A program made the translations under genes and the position numbers. From IMG/VR virus record IMGVR_UViG_3300021185_002716, positions 1-56,075 of that record: a DNA stretch of 56,075 nt, one strand, 5' to 3'. This document shows positions 46,642 through 56,075 of the stretch, in pieces. How positions within the stretch are numbered: the first letter of the stretch is position 1; every line of letters begins with the position of its first letter. The DNA is from a virus. Lineage: Duplodnaviria > Caudoviricetes. The notes under the pieces are model-generated. The model saw nothing but the letters and a program-made list of their open reading frames with translations. It did not search any database and was not told the origin of the DNA.

Positions 46642-48950
46642 TAAAACATAACGGTAAAGCAAACTATCCAAACCATAATGTTGACCCTAAAGAAAAGGGG
46701 AAAGATTGGTGTTTGTCATATGCAAAAGCGGCATGGTCTGATTATACAAATCATGGCACTCAATCATTTCACAACAACAGGGGGTCTTACCCAAAAATCA
46801 AAGACTACTCACAGGGTAATCAATCAATCAATAAGTATAAGCAATTATTAAATGTTGATGACGCAGACAACGAAAGTTGGTTTGCAATTGATTGGTCTGT
46901 ACTGCCCATTGTTCCAAAATTCAGAAGAATTGCCCTTGGCAAGTTAAGTAAATCAGAATACAACATCACCGCTAGTCCTATTGATAGCATGGCTCAGTCA
47001 GAGGTCGAAAGTTATTACAAAGAACAGAAGGCTAAAATGGATCTAAGAAATTCAATGGCTAAACAAATGCCTGGCATAGAGGAGTTTAGTGGACTGAAAC
47101 AAAAGCCTGGAGAGCCAGATAATGACGAGGAACTAGAGATGCATATGTCTTATACATATAAGCATAATGCAGCAATAGAAATGGAGCAGGGCATTGATTT
47201 AGTTTTTCATACAAACGATATGGATGAAAAAAGAAAACAAGTCAATGAATACCTGTTTGATTATGGGGTTGCAGGGTATAAAGAATATATTGACAGCAAT
47301 GGTGCGGTAAAAGTTAGGGTTGTAAATCCCGCAAAACTTATAGTATCACACTGTAATAAAAGAGACTTTTCTGATAAAATACATGTTGGAGAGATTACAG
47401 AAATGACTATTGCGGATCTAAAGCAAAGAGCAGGTGATCAGTTTAGTGAAAAGGAATATCAGGATATTGCTGACAGATACTCAGGAAGACAGGGAGATAC
47501 TAAAATGTTCCCCTCGAATAAAAAATTTTACAAACATTATGATGACAGAAAAATCATGGTATTAGACCTTGAGTTCTTTTCTGTAGATCAAATGGTTCAC
47601 GAATCGAGAGTTGACAAGAGAGGAAACAAAAGGTTCGGCCGAGCCGGATATAATAGTTATAATAAAAGAAAGAAAAAGTTCGTCAGGTCCTCATACAAAA
47701 CTGTTTACAAGACTTCTTGGGTTGTAGATTCAGAGTATTGTTTTGATTTTGGTTTATGTAATGACATGAAGCGTGTTCAATCAAATCTGATGGACACGGA
47801 TCTTTCATATCACTTGTTTGCTCCTGACTTTCATAACATGAAGCCACTGGGGATAATGGAACAACTAATTCCTATTGCAGATCAAATCCAGATTTCTTGG
47901 TATAGACTACAAAACACAATCAACCAGGCAAGACCAAAAGGTATTATGATTGAGTTAGGTGCCCTTGAGGATATCCCTCTTGGTGCAGGCGGTCAACAAA
48001 TGAAGCCTATGGACGTAATTGATCTGTTCAATAAAACAGGTACACTTGTCTATAGAAAGTCTGATATCACAGGAAAGCAAACAAACTACAAACCTATTGA
48101 GGAACTTGAAAACGGGTTGGGGCGAGATGCCATGACTTATTATCAGGTTATTCAAAATAACATTGAAATGATCAGGCAAATAACTGGTCTTAATGAATTT
48201 ACAGATGGGTCTACCCCAGATGCAAGATCGTTGACAACTACCGCTAAACTGGCGGCTCAGGCAACCAATAACGCTTTAGCACACATAGAGCAGGGTGAAA
48301 GAAGGTTATTAGAAAGACTTGCATCAGCGGTTATTGTTAGGCTGCAAGACTCTGTAAAGAAAAATCCAATCGAAGGATATATAAGGTCTCTGGGTAAAAA
48401 TACAATGGAGTTCTTTAAAATGACACCATCAGTTTCAAAACATGAGTTTGGTGTCAAAATTGAAGATAGGCCCACTGAAGAACAAAAGGCAAGACTGATG
48501 CAGATTCTTCAAGCCTCTGTAGCACAGGGTCAGGTTGACTTCGAGGATGCGGTCTTTATAGAACAAATAACTAATCTAAAACAAGCACAACAGGTTCTAG
48601 CATATAGGATCAAGAAAAAAAGAGAAGAAGCGGAAGCGAAGGCTCAAAGGCAACAGCAGCAGAATGGACAGATACAGCAACAGGCCGCTCAGTCTGCCGA
48701 ACAGTCAAAGCAACAAACCATACAGATGGAGATGCAAATAAAAATGGAAATGGAGAAACTCAAATCAGAATTGCAATCCAAGTTACAAAGAGAAAAGTAT
48801 GAGTTTGAAATGCAACTAGCAGGTATTAAAGAAGGTAGTGCTGTTGAAAGAAATTTAATGGACAACCTGCCAACTAAAGAAGCATTCACGGAGGGGGTAA
48901 AAATGGCTCAAATGGAAGAAGGGCCGGCTCCTGGCGGAATGCCTAATTAA
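46638..48950 (+). CDS. portal protein
   Basis: 770 aa after TerL; DWSVLPIVPKF, IRQITGLNE..DGSTP, Gln-rich C-terminal barrel. Confidence 0.85.
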   Translation: MIKHNGKANYPNHNVDPKEKGKDWCLSYAKAAWSDYTNHGTQSFHNNRGSYPKIKDYSQGNQSINKYKQLLNVDDADNESWFAIDWSVLPIVPKFRRIALGKLSKSEYNITASPIDSMAQSEVESYYKEQKAKMDLRNSMAKQMPGIEEFSGLKQKPGEPDNDEELEMHMSYTYKHNAAIEMEQGIDLVFHTNDMDEKRKQVNEYLFDYGVAGYKEYIDSNGAVKVRVVNPAKLIVSHCNKRDFSDKIHVGEITEMTIADLKQRAGDQFSEKEYQDIADRYSGRQGDTKMFPSNKKFYKHYDDRKIMVLDLEFFSVDQMVHESRVDKRGNKRFGRAGYNSYNKRKKKFVRSSYKTVYKTSWVVDSEYCFDFGLCNDMKRVQSNLMDTDLSYHLFAPDFHNMKPLGIMEQLIPIADQIQISWYRLQNTINQARPKGIMIELGALEDIPLGAGGQQMKPMDVIDLFNKTGTLVYRKSDITGKQTNYKPIEELENGLGRDAMTYYQVIQNNIEMIRQITGLNEFTDGSTPDARSLTTTAKLAAQATNNALAHIEQGERRLLERLASAVIVRLQDSVKKNPIEGYIRSLGKNTMEFFKMTPSVSKHEFGVKIEDRPTEEQKARLMQILQASVAQGQVDFEDAVFIEQITNLKQAQQVLAYRIKKKREEAEAKAQRQQQQNGQIQQQAAQSAEQSKQQTIQMEMQIKMEMEKLKSELQSKLQREKYEFEMQLAGIKEGSAVERNLMDNLPTKEAFTEGVKMAQMEEGPAPGGMPN

Positions 48951-48983
48951 TAATTTTAAAATAAACACAACAAATTAAAACAT

Positions 48984-50156
48984 ATGGAAGAATTTGATTT
49001 ATCTGAAGTCAAGGTAATTGATGAAAATGGTGAGGCTCAATCAGTTGAGGCTCCCAAAGAGGAAGAAAAGACAGAGAATGTCGCAGAAAATAAAGAAATT
49101 GAAAACACTGAAGAGGAGGCTCCAGTTGCCGAAACTTCAGGTGAAGAAACTTCAGAAGAAAAAGTAGATGGATCTACTGAACCTAATGAAGAGCAGGAAA
49201 CTTCTGAACAGGAAGATTCCGAAGAGAGTTTAGAAAACAATCCAGAAACTGTTAAGTTGTTTGAGCAATTAGATGGAATTGCAAAAGATCTTACCGGTGG
49301 GAAAGTTGATAAACTCGAAGACTTTTTTGACGAGTACAAAAGAATGAGAGATTCATCAGGTGCTCAATTTAAAGATGACTACATCAAAGATGCAGTCGAG
49401 TATTACAATAAAACTGGAAACTTGACTCCGTATTTAGAGGCAACATCAGTTAACTATGAGGAAATGTCTGACGAAAAAATCATGAGACGTGAACTAGAAC
49501 AGGCAAATCCCTCACTATCTGCAAAAGCCATTGAGCGTTTGTATAATAGAGACGTAGTTAGCAAATACTCTTTAGACGTAGACAAGTATGATGAGGAAGA
49601 GGTGGAACTCGGTAAGGAACTTCTGAAAGCAGATGCAGCCAAACTGAGAGAAAAGTATGTTGACGAACAGACGAAATTCACCCAACCTGAAGTGGCGGAA
49701 ACTAAGCAGGAAGATACTGTGAGCCAGGAGGAAGCAATGACTCAGTGGACACAGACTGTTTCACAAAGTGACTACACTAAAGATGTGCTTGAGAACAAGC
49801 GTATTTTAGTTAGTTATGGTGAAGAGAAGTTTTCATATGAGGTAGAGAATCCAGAGGATTTGCAGGCGATGACGCTTGATAATAACAAGTTCTTTTCTTT
49901 ATTCAAAGATGAAAATGGTCAAGTCGACTTTGACAAGTGGTACAGAGTGTTGGCATTTGCAGCGGATCCTGAAGTTTACGACTCATCTCTTATTTCTCAC
50001 GGCCAAGAGTTAGGTCAAGAAAAGGTGGTTTCTGATTTAAAGAATCCGGCCAAGCCTACTAGGAGTAGTGAGGATTATAAAACACCTAACAGTCCTCTAG
50101 AAGGATTGATTGGTGCACTGAGTAGAGGTGACTCAGATGTTAAAATTATTCGTTAA
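48984..50156 (+). CDS. acidic scaffolding-like protein
   Basis: Glu-rich disordered N-terminus; between portal and capsid. Confidence 0.65.
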   Translation: MEEFDLSEVKVIDENGEAQSVEAPKEEEKTENVAENKEIENTEEEAPVAETSGEETSEEKVDGSTEPNEEQETSEQEDSEESLENNPETVKLFEQLDGIAKDLTGGKVDKLEDFFDEYKRMRDSSGAQFKDDYIKDAVEYYNKTGNLTPYLEATSVNYEEMSDEKIMRRELEQANPSLSAKAIERLYNRDVVSKYSLDVDKYDEEEVELGKELLKADAAKLREKYVDEQTKFTQPEVAETKQEDTVSQEEAMTQWTQTVSQSDYTKDVLENKRILVSYGEEKFSYEVENPEDLQAMTLDNNKFFSLFKDENGQVDFDKWYRVLAFAADPEVYDSSLISHGQELGQEKVVSDLKNPAKPTRSSEDYKTPNSPLEGLIGALSRGDSDVKIIR

Positions 50157-50179
50157 AAATTTAAAAATTAAAAGTTATT

Positions 50180-51496
50180 ATGGAAAATTCTAGTTATATA
50201 AGTTCTCTATCATTCCTACAGCACTCATTTGTGCAGGGGAGAGAGATCTTGTCAAGCGTCTTAGACGTACAAAACGAAGAGGAAGGATTCCTTGACGTTA
50301 TGCAGGCATTGGGCAAATTAAAGCCTACTAGCCAACCGGTATACCATGCATTCGTAAACGAAGCATTGTATAAGGACAACTCAATCACTATTTCTGAAGC
50401 AGGTTCAGGTACTGGTAAACAATCAGGTATCTCAACATCCGCAGTCGGAAACTCAAGAGTTGGTGATTTGATGATGGGTGCATCAGGAAATGTGTACCTA
50501 ATTACAGCAATCTCTGGATCAGGAGAGGTTGATTTTGTACCAGTTGATGGTGCAGGCGTTGCTACAGACTATGATGCATCAGGAGACGTATTTGTTGTTT
50601 TCTCCAATGCACAAGGAGAAGGATCTGGATCTCCAGACTCAATCAAGTATGGTCTTACAAAGCAATCAAACAGAGTGCAAATCTTTAAAAACAAATACAG
50701 AATCTCAGATGTTGCTAAAGCGTCTAAGGTTACTGTTGAGTATAAAGGTAAGCCTTACTTCATGTACAAAGGTACCTACGAAGCATTACAAAGATTTAGA
50801 GGTGATATCTCTAACGCTTTAATGTTTGGCGTAGGATCAGGTGACTTCTATGCGGGTGCATCTGTAGGTGATATGGCAATTGGTGGAAACGCAGTACAAA
50901 CTACTAACGGTCTTAAGTCTGAACTTAAGTCAGGTGGTATTTTGAACTCTGGATCTCCTTATGACCATGGATCTGATGTGATCGCAACCCTATCTACTTT
51001 GACTGCTGCTTTGAATAAAGCGAGAGCACCAAAGGATTATTGGATGTGGTTGGGCACTTCTGCTAACATTGCAATTGACAATGCATTAAATGGATTATCT
51101 GGAACTGTTTTAACAGGTGCTAGATTCTCTGTTGATGGAAGAGAGATTGACTTGGGTGTTGATAAGTTTAGCCTATATGGAAGAACTTGGAACAAGAAGC
51201 AATTGTCAATTCTTGATCACAATGAACTAGGTTCTACGGTTACAGGATCTGGTGAAATTTATCTTGTACCAACTGGACAAGTTAAAACTGCCGGTGGTGG
51301 CGGTGGATCACAAGATTACCTACAGGTACGTTACTTAGAAGGAGATGGAAACAACTTCTCTTTCAGAGAAACATTAACTGGAGGTCTTGCACCTACACCT
51401 ACAAGTGCAGATTCAATTCTTGACGTAAACTACCAGGCTATTATGGGTCTAGAAGTTTTAGGAAAAGAACACTGTGCTCTTGTAACAGGATTCTAA
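50180..51496 (+). CDS. major capsid protein
   Basis: 438 aa; NRVQIFKNKYRIS...ISNALMFG...TTNGL HK97-like pattern; followed by a terminator. Confidence 0.8.
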   Translation: MENSSYISSLSFLQHSFVQGREILSSVLDVQNEEEGFLDVMQALGKLKPTSQPVYHAFVNEALYKDNSITISEAGSGTGKQSGISTSAVGNSRVGDLMMGASGNVYLITAISGSGEVDFVPVDGAGVATDYDASGDVFVVFSNAQGEGSGSPDSIKYGLTKQSNRVQIFKNKYRISDVAKASKVTVEYKGKPYFMYKGTYEALQRFRGDISNALMFGVGSGDFYAGASVGDMAIGGNAVQTTNGLKSELKSGGILNSGSPYDHGSDVIATLSTLTAALNKARAPKDYWMWLGTSANIAIDNALNGLSGTVLTGARFSVDGREIDLGVDKFSLYGRTWNKKQLSILDHNELGSTVTGSGEIYLVPTGQVKTAGGGGGSQDYLQVRYLEGDGNNFSFRETLTGGLAPTPTSADSILDVNYQAIMGLEVLGKEHCALVTGF

Positions 51497-51509
51497 TATT
51501 AAATAATTT

Positions 51510-51539
51510 AAGAGGGGACTAACCTCCCCTCTTTTTTTT
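51510..51539 (+). terminator. rho-independent terminator after the capsid gene
   Basis: AGAGGGGA-ctaacc-TCCCCTCT followed by a T run. Confidence 0.85.
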
Positions 51540-51553
51540 AAATCACAACAATT

Positions 51554-52375
51554 ATGATAAAAACAAAAGAATATAACAACGTAAATAACCCTCCTCAACT
51601 AAAGAGAAACGAGGTTAAAGTATTCCAATACTTAAATGTTAAGGAAGATAAGGCAAACCCAGGAAAGGTGATTATGCCTTCAATTCATATGGTACCTACT
51701 GTTGACAGGGTTTATAATAAAGAAAATGATGATTATTTGGATATTGCATCAATTGCATCATTGGGTGTAGGTGGTAAGCCACAATTCAACACAATCCAAT
51801 TTACTAAAAAAGATAAAGGGTTGTTAATTTTAAGAGGCGATAAGACGGGAGATAGAGAGATATATCAATATCTTATGTTGTCAAATTACAACCAATCAAA
51901 CCCCGATAGAGATAGTAGTATTGTTCCTATGTTTAAATTAGTAGAACCTAAAAAGGATGCTGCTGATAATAGAAAGGAAAGAACCTTAAGGAGAGACGCA
52001 ATGAATGTTGCTGCTGAACTTTCTGCTGCTGAGGTAAGAGAGTTTATCGCTTCTATGAATAAGGATGAAACTAGAGATGTTTCAATCCTAAGAGATGAGT
52101 TAGAGATCATGGCAGAAAAAGATCCAAAACAATTCATCACATTAAGCAAGGATAAGAACAAGTCTATTCAGGCCAACTGCAAGGCGGCGATAGACAAAAA
52201 GGTGATCAAATTTGACAAGGCATCTAGCACGTTCTCTTGGGTTTCAACCGGAGAGACTATTGTACAGGTACCGAGGTCATCTAAAACAAGTTATTTGCAA
52301 GGCTTTACCAACTTTGTTTTGAGTAACAAAAATGGTGAATTAGTTTACGAAGAAATCGTAAAATTGCTTAAATAA
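51554..52375 (+). CDS. conserved capsid-adjacent protein
   Basis: 273 aa directly after the MCP. Confidence 0.6.
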   Translation: MIKTKEYNNVNNPPQLKRNEVKVFQYLNVKEDKANPGKVIMPSIHMVPTVDRVYNKENDDYLDIASIASLGVGGKPQFNTIQFTKKDKGLLILRGDKTGDREIYQYLMLSNYNQSNPDRDSSIVPMFKLVEPKKDAADNRKERTLRRDAMNVAAELSAAEVREFIASMNKDETRDVSILRDELEIMAEKDPKQFITLSKDKNKSIQANCKAAIDKKVIKFDKASSTFSWVSTGETIVQVPRSSKTSYLQGFTNFVLSNKNGELVYEEIVKLLK

Positions 52376-52395
52376 TTTGTTGTTGGTTTGTTTTG

Positions 52396-52435
52396 AAAGC
52401 CGACCAATGTTTTTACACTGAGGTCGGCTTTTTTT
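52396..52435 (+). terminator. rho-independent terminator
   Basis: AAAGCCGACC...GGTCGGCTTT followed by a T run. Confidence 0.8.
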
Positions 52436-52447
52436 ATAACTTAAAAT

Positions 52448-53716
52448 ATGAGCACGTTTAGTAACGATACAGGCACAGTTAATATCGATTTTAGTTTTCT
52501 TTTTGATCTGCGTGGTACGCCAGTTCTAAAAGTTGACGATACTTCAACATACTCAGCAGTACAAACCGATGTAAAAATATATGTTAAGGTCACAAGACCA
52601 GACGGCATTATTAGGGATTTCCCAACAACCCCAGATATATCAGGAACTTCAAGTGACCTTGCCCCTTTGGCAGGCTACTCTTTTACCTTGCCACTCGATC
52701 CATTGAGTGGTCAACCTGCTTACGGAACATACAAGGTTGAGTATAAATTCACAGTGGGAAATCAGATGGCGGTGACCGTAACAAAGTCTCACAATTTTGA
52801 GTTTGCTCAAATCAAGTTGCAGCATGAAGAAATTGTAGACGAGTTCACTCCTCAAGTTAAAGTAAAAGAAACCACGCCAAGTTACAACATCCTGAATTAC
52901 AACTCACCTTCAATTAGTAGAGATTTTTTCGGAAGCGTAGGATCTACTATGACTTTGGCAAATGGAACTATACGAACTGTCAATATTATGAATGGACTAA
53001 CAACAGGCAATTCAGGTAGTGCTAGAACTTATGATCTAAAGGATAATGCTTACGGCAGCAATGATGATACATACTATGATACGGAGTATACCGTAACGGT
53101 AAATGTTAATGCCAATTACACGCATTCAACATATAGTTGGGTGCAAGTAAAAGAAATATTTACAAAGACATTCAAGGTTAATGTTTATGCACCTCCAACT
53201 AAAGCAGGATTGATTGATGAGTTTGATCAATTGAAAAATTTAGTGGAAAAGTATGATGATGAAAACAAAACTTTATTCAGAAAATATAGAACTGATTACG
53301 AGCAGGTTGTAACCAGTTTCAACCATTTAGTTCTTAGACTAAATGATAATGATTCTGACAATGAAAATACTGAGATAATGAGAGACATTCTCCTTATCTT
53401 GCGTAACAATGTTCCAAGAACACACACTAATCTTGAGTTAACAAATACTCCTTTAAGTATTTACTCTGACTTAGGTGCTGTAGATTGGACCAGTATTCAA
53501 AACCTACCAACATATAACCCGTTTGCTACCTACGAGTTTGAACAGACTGAGGCAAGTAATCAATGGGTAATAGATCATAACCTTGGAAAGCACCCATCAG
53601 TAATGGTGGTTGATTCTCAGGGGAACCAGGTTTTTGCTGACGTAGTTTACAATAGCAACAACCAGTTAGCAATAAATTTCTACTATGAGGTTAGTGGAAA
53701 GGTATATTTGAATTAA
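52448..53716 (+). CDS. structural protein (fibre hub/attachment-like)
   Basis: Beta-rich; C-terminal WVIDHNLGKHPSVMVVD...SGKVYLN module. Confidence 0.6.
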   Translation: MSTFSNDTGTVNIDFSFLFDLRGTPVLKVDDTSTYSAVQTDVKIYVKVTRPDGIIRDFPTTPDISGTSSDLAPLAGYSFTLPLDPLSGQPAYGTYKVEYKFTVGNQMAVTVTKSHNFEFAQIKLQHEEIVDEFTPQVKVKETTPSYNILNYNSPSISRDFFGSVGSTMTLANGTIRTVNIMNGLTTGNSGSARTYDLKDNAYGSNDDTYYDTEYTVTVNVNANYTHSTYSWVQVKEIFTKTFKVNVYAPPTKAGLIDEFDQLKNLVEKYDDENKTLFRKYRTDYEQVVTSFNHLVLRLNDNDSDNENTEIMRDILLILRNNVPRTHTNLELTNTPLSIYSDLGAVDWTSIQNLPTYNPFATYEFEQTEASNQWVIDHNLGKHPSVMVVDSQGNQVFADVVYNSNNQLAINFYYEVSGKVYLN

Positions 53717-53732
53717 TAAAAAAAGATAAGTC

Positions 53733-55301
53733 ATGCCAATTAATTTTTTACAACAACTAGATCTCAACCAGACCCCAGTTAAGGAACTAGTTCCAGAAAA
53801 AATTACGACCACCGAAAGAGGGCAACTTTCAGGCGTCGTAGCGGGGCGAATAATTTTCAATACCACAACAAGCCAATTTCAGGTTTGGGATGGTACTTCG
53901 TGGGTTGCCCTAGGAGAGGCTAACTTCACGATTAACAGTGCTAGCAAAGTAGTATCAGGCGGTAGTGGGGCAATCGTCACCTTAACAGGACCAGATATCG
54001 CCACAACAGATACGTTTGATATAACAGCACTAACTGCTGAAGGTATCACTATTGATGGATCCGCAGCAGATGTAATTAAGATCAAACACGCTGATACGTC
54101 AAATATTGGTGATCTTAGTGCTACTTCAAGAACGTATGTTACAGGATTGACGTTTGATACATTTGGTCACGTCACTGCCCTTACAACTTCAAGTGAGACT
54201 GTAACCCAAAGAACTGATGAGTCAGTTAGAGATGTTGTAGAAGGAATGTTTGCTCACAGTGAGCACACAAATGTGACAGTAGTAAATGATGATTCAGGAA
54301 ACAAGATAAAATTAACATCGCCATCTGACACAACTTATGCTCTTGAAAACGCAACAGTAAGTGGTGGGTCCAAGATAACACTTACTCCAAATACAGGAAC
54401 AGCGACTGAGGTTTCGGTAATAGGTACTGGAAGCGAGGTTGAAGTCACACACGGATCAGGAAGTATACAAGTTGGTTTGCCAAACGATGTTGTTATAGGG
54501 AATAACTTGTCGGTTACCAATGATTTAAGTGTATCAGGAGACGCTAGTATTACGGGTTCGCTAACAATCACAGGTGACCTTATTAGCACAAATACTGAGA
54601 GAATTGACCTAGAGGATAGTGTTATACAACTTAACAGTAATGCAACTGGTACTCCTACAGACGCAGCAGACGCAGGATTAGAGGTAAACAGAGGTTCGTC
54701 AACCAATGTAAAGTTGCTTTGGGATGAGAGTTCAGATAGATGGACCTTCAGTAACAATGGCACAGACTATTACGATATTCCGATATCAACTGAATATGAT
54801 AGTTATGGAGATTGGGATTTAAAAGTAGATGGAACAAAAGTTTTAGATGTTACTTCTGGGGTTGCTATTGATTTTGTAAATGGTACAAATACAGATGCTG
54901 TATGGGATTCAACTGGAAATAAAGTTAAAATCAATGTAGCAAACGCAAGCACTACTGCAAAAGGTGTTGTTGAGTTAGCAACTAGTGTTGAAACAAAAGC
55001 GGGTACAAGTTCATCACTTGCGGTTACTCCTGCAGGTTTAGAGGCTACTCTAGATAATAAAAAGAAAGCGGTTACTATTTCGGGAGATGGTTCAACGACA
55101 AGTTTCACTGTAACCTATGGATTCACAGTTTCTAATGGCATTGATGTTATGATTCAGGTGGTTGGATTATCTGGTGATGATGCAGGTAGGAATGTTTTTC
55201 CTGAAGTAGACAGAGATGGTACAACCTCAGCGGAGATCAAATTTGCATCAGCACCTGCAAGTGGTACTAATTATAGAGTCTTGTGCCTGAATATGGAATA
55301 A
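53733..55301 (+). CDS. tail fibre-like protein
   Basis: Thr/Ser/Gly-rich; DTFGHVT, DAGLEVNRG..LLWDES.DRW, ASTTAKGVVELAT fibre motifs. Confidence 0.75.
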   Translation: MPINFLQQLDLNQTPVKELVPEKITTTERGQLSGVVAGRIIFNTTTSQFQVWDGTSWVALGEANFTINSASKVVSGGSGAIVTLTGPDIATTDTFDITALTAEGITIDGSAADVIKIKHADTSNIGDLSATSRTYVTGLTFDTFGHVTALTTSSETVTQRTDESVRDVVEGMFAHSEHTNVTVVNDDSGNKIKLTSPSDTTYALENATVSGGSKITLTPNTGTATEVSVIGTGSEVEVTHGSGSIQVGLPNDVVIGNNLSVTNDLSVSGDASITGSLTITGDLISTNTERIDLEDSVIQLNSNATGTPTDAADAGLEVNRGSSTNVKLLWDESSDRWTFSNNGTDYYDIPISTEYDSYGDWDLKVDGTKVLDVTSGVAIDFVNGTNTDAVWDSTGNKVKINVANASTTAKGVVELATSVETKAGTSSSLAVTPAGLEATLDNKKKAVTISGDGSTTSFTVTYGFTVSNGIDVMIQVVGLSGDDAGRNVFPEVDRDGTTSAEIKFASAPASGTNYRVLCLNME

Positions 55302-55320
55302 GACTTATTAAGTAAATCTT

Positions 55321-56075
55321 ATGGCAATACAATTTTTTCAAACGGCTAATTTCGCCAACTCAGTAACTGCAACATCGTTTGTAAAGTCTGGCGGAACTTC
55401 ATCACAATACCTTATGGCGGATGGCTCTGTTAGTACAGGGTCATCTGGCGTAGCGTGGACAGATATTACAAGCAAGCCTACCACTATTAGTGGGTTTGGA
55501 ATTACTGACGCATTTAGTGGTAGTTACGCAGACCTCACAAATGTACCAAGTACATTCGCACCGAGTGCACATAATCACGATGGCACATATCTAAAACTCT
55601 CAGGGGGCACCATGACTGGTGACATTACAATGGGTGGGATAAGCCCAGGTAAACTAAAATCTAATGCAGATCTTATTTTGCAGGTTGATGCCGACAACAA
55701 CTCAACGGGTTCGGCATTTAAACTATTGGGTGGAGGCGGAGGCACACTATTTAAAATAGTAGAAAACGGAAATATAGATGCCCATGGCGTTATAAACTTT
55801 ACAGGTACTGCGACAACCACAAGCGTAGATAGAGGTTTGTACTGGACTGGTTTCGATAAAGAGCAAACGACAGACTTCAGTGACAACGCTAGTATTACAC
55901 ACACAACAAATACGGGAGGTCACTCTGGATCTGTTTTAGAGATCAAGTCAATGAATGACTCTACCGATGGTATCGCCTTTACTACAAACGCAAGTAGCCT
56001 TTTGAAACATAATGGTAACGCTATATTTTCTGAAGGTCACAAACCTACCTGGAGTGAAATTGAATCTAAACCTTC
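55321..56075 (+). CDS. tail fibre protein, N-terminal part; runs off the window end
   Basis: MAIQFFQTANFANSVTATSFVKSGGTSSQYLMADGSV...KPTTISGFGITDA...PSAHNHD..YLKLSGGTMTG...GHKPTW; I saw no stop before the end. Confidence 0.8.
   Translation, partial: MAIQFFQTANFANSVTATSFVKSGGTSSQYLMADGSVSTGSSGVAWTDITSKPTTISGFGITDAFSGSYADLTNVPSTFAPSAHNHDGTYLKLSGGTMTGDITMGGISPGKLKSNADLILQVDADNNSTGSAFKLLGGGGGTLFKIVENGNIDAHGVINFTGTATTTSVDRGLYWTGFDKEQTTDFSDNASITHTTNTGGHSGSVLEIKSMNDSTDGIAFTTNASSLLKHNGNAIFSEGHKPTWSEIESKP

Noticed and set aside
52377-52389. 13-mer TTGTTGTTGGTTT shared with 28535-28547, both near terminators
   Set aside because: Low complexity and opposite orientation relative to transcription; may be chance
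1-56075. Stop-codon reassignment as seen in some crAss-like phages
   Set aside because: Genes are long and tightly packed in the standard code, and the only tRNA found is Arg(UCU), not a suppressor
53733-56075. Diversity-generating retroelement acting on fibre genes
   Set aside because: No reverse transcriptase ORF and no template/variable repeat pair noticed

Overview
AT-rich DNA of a Bacteroidota (flavobacterial-type) tailed phage. It is probably most of one genome, opened inside a tail-fibre gene, since both window ends lie in fibre-like open frames. The virion module is podovirus-like and resembles crAss-like phages in gene order: TerS-TerL-portal-scaffold-MCP-fibres at 44-56 kb, then ring proteins, a split muzzle, cargo proteins, a 2738-aa polyvalent protein and lysis genes at 0-22 kb. 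A long leftward early/replication arm (22.5-36 kb) carries a primase-helicase, an initiator, YqaJ, a tyrosine integrase with a tRNA-like attP candidate, and tRNA-Arg(UCU). A leftward block of small basic and envelope proteins lies at 38.8-43.9 kb. The standout feature is four complete type I hammerhead ribozymes on the coding strand of the first early operon (32938-35057). Each lies directly after a stop codon and would cut 27-30 nt upstream of the next start codon, suggesting a self-segmenting mRNA built from ribozyme-bounded gene cassettes. All protein calls come from motif recognition by eye, with no database searches.
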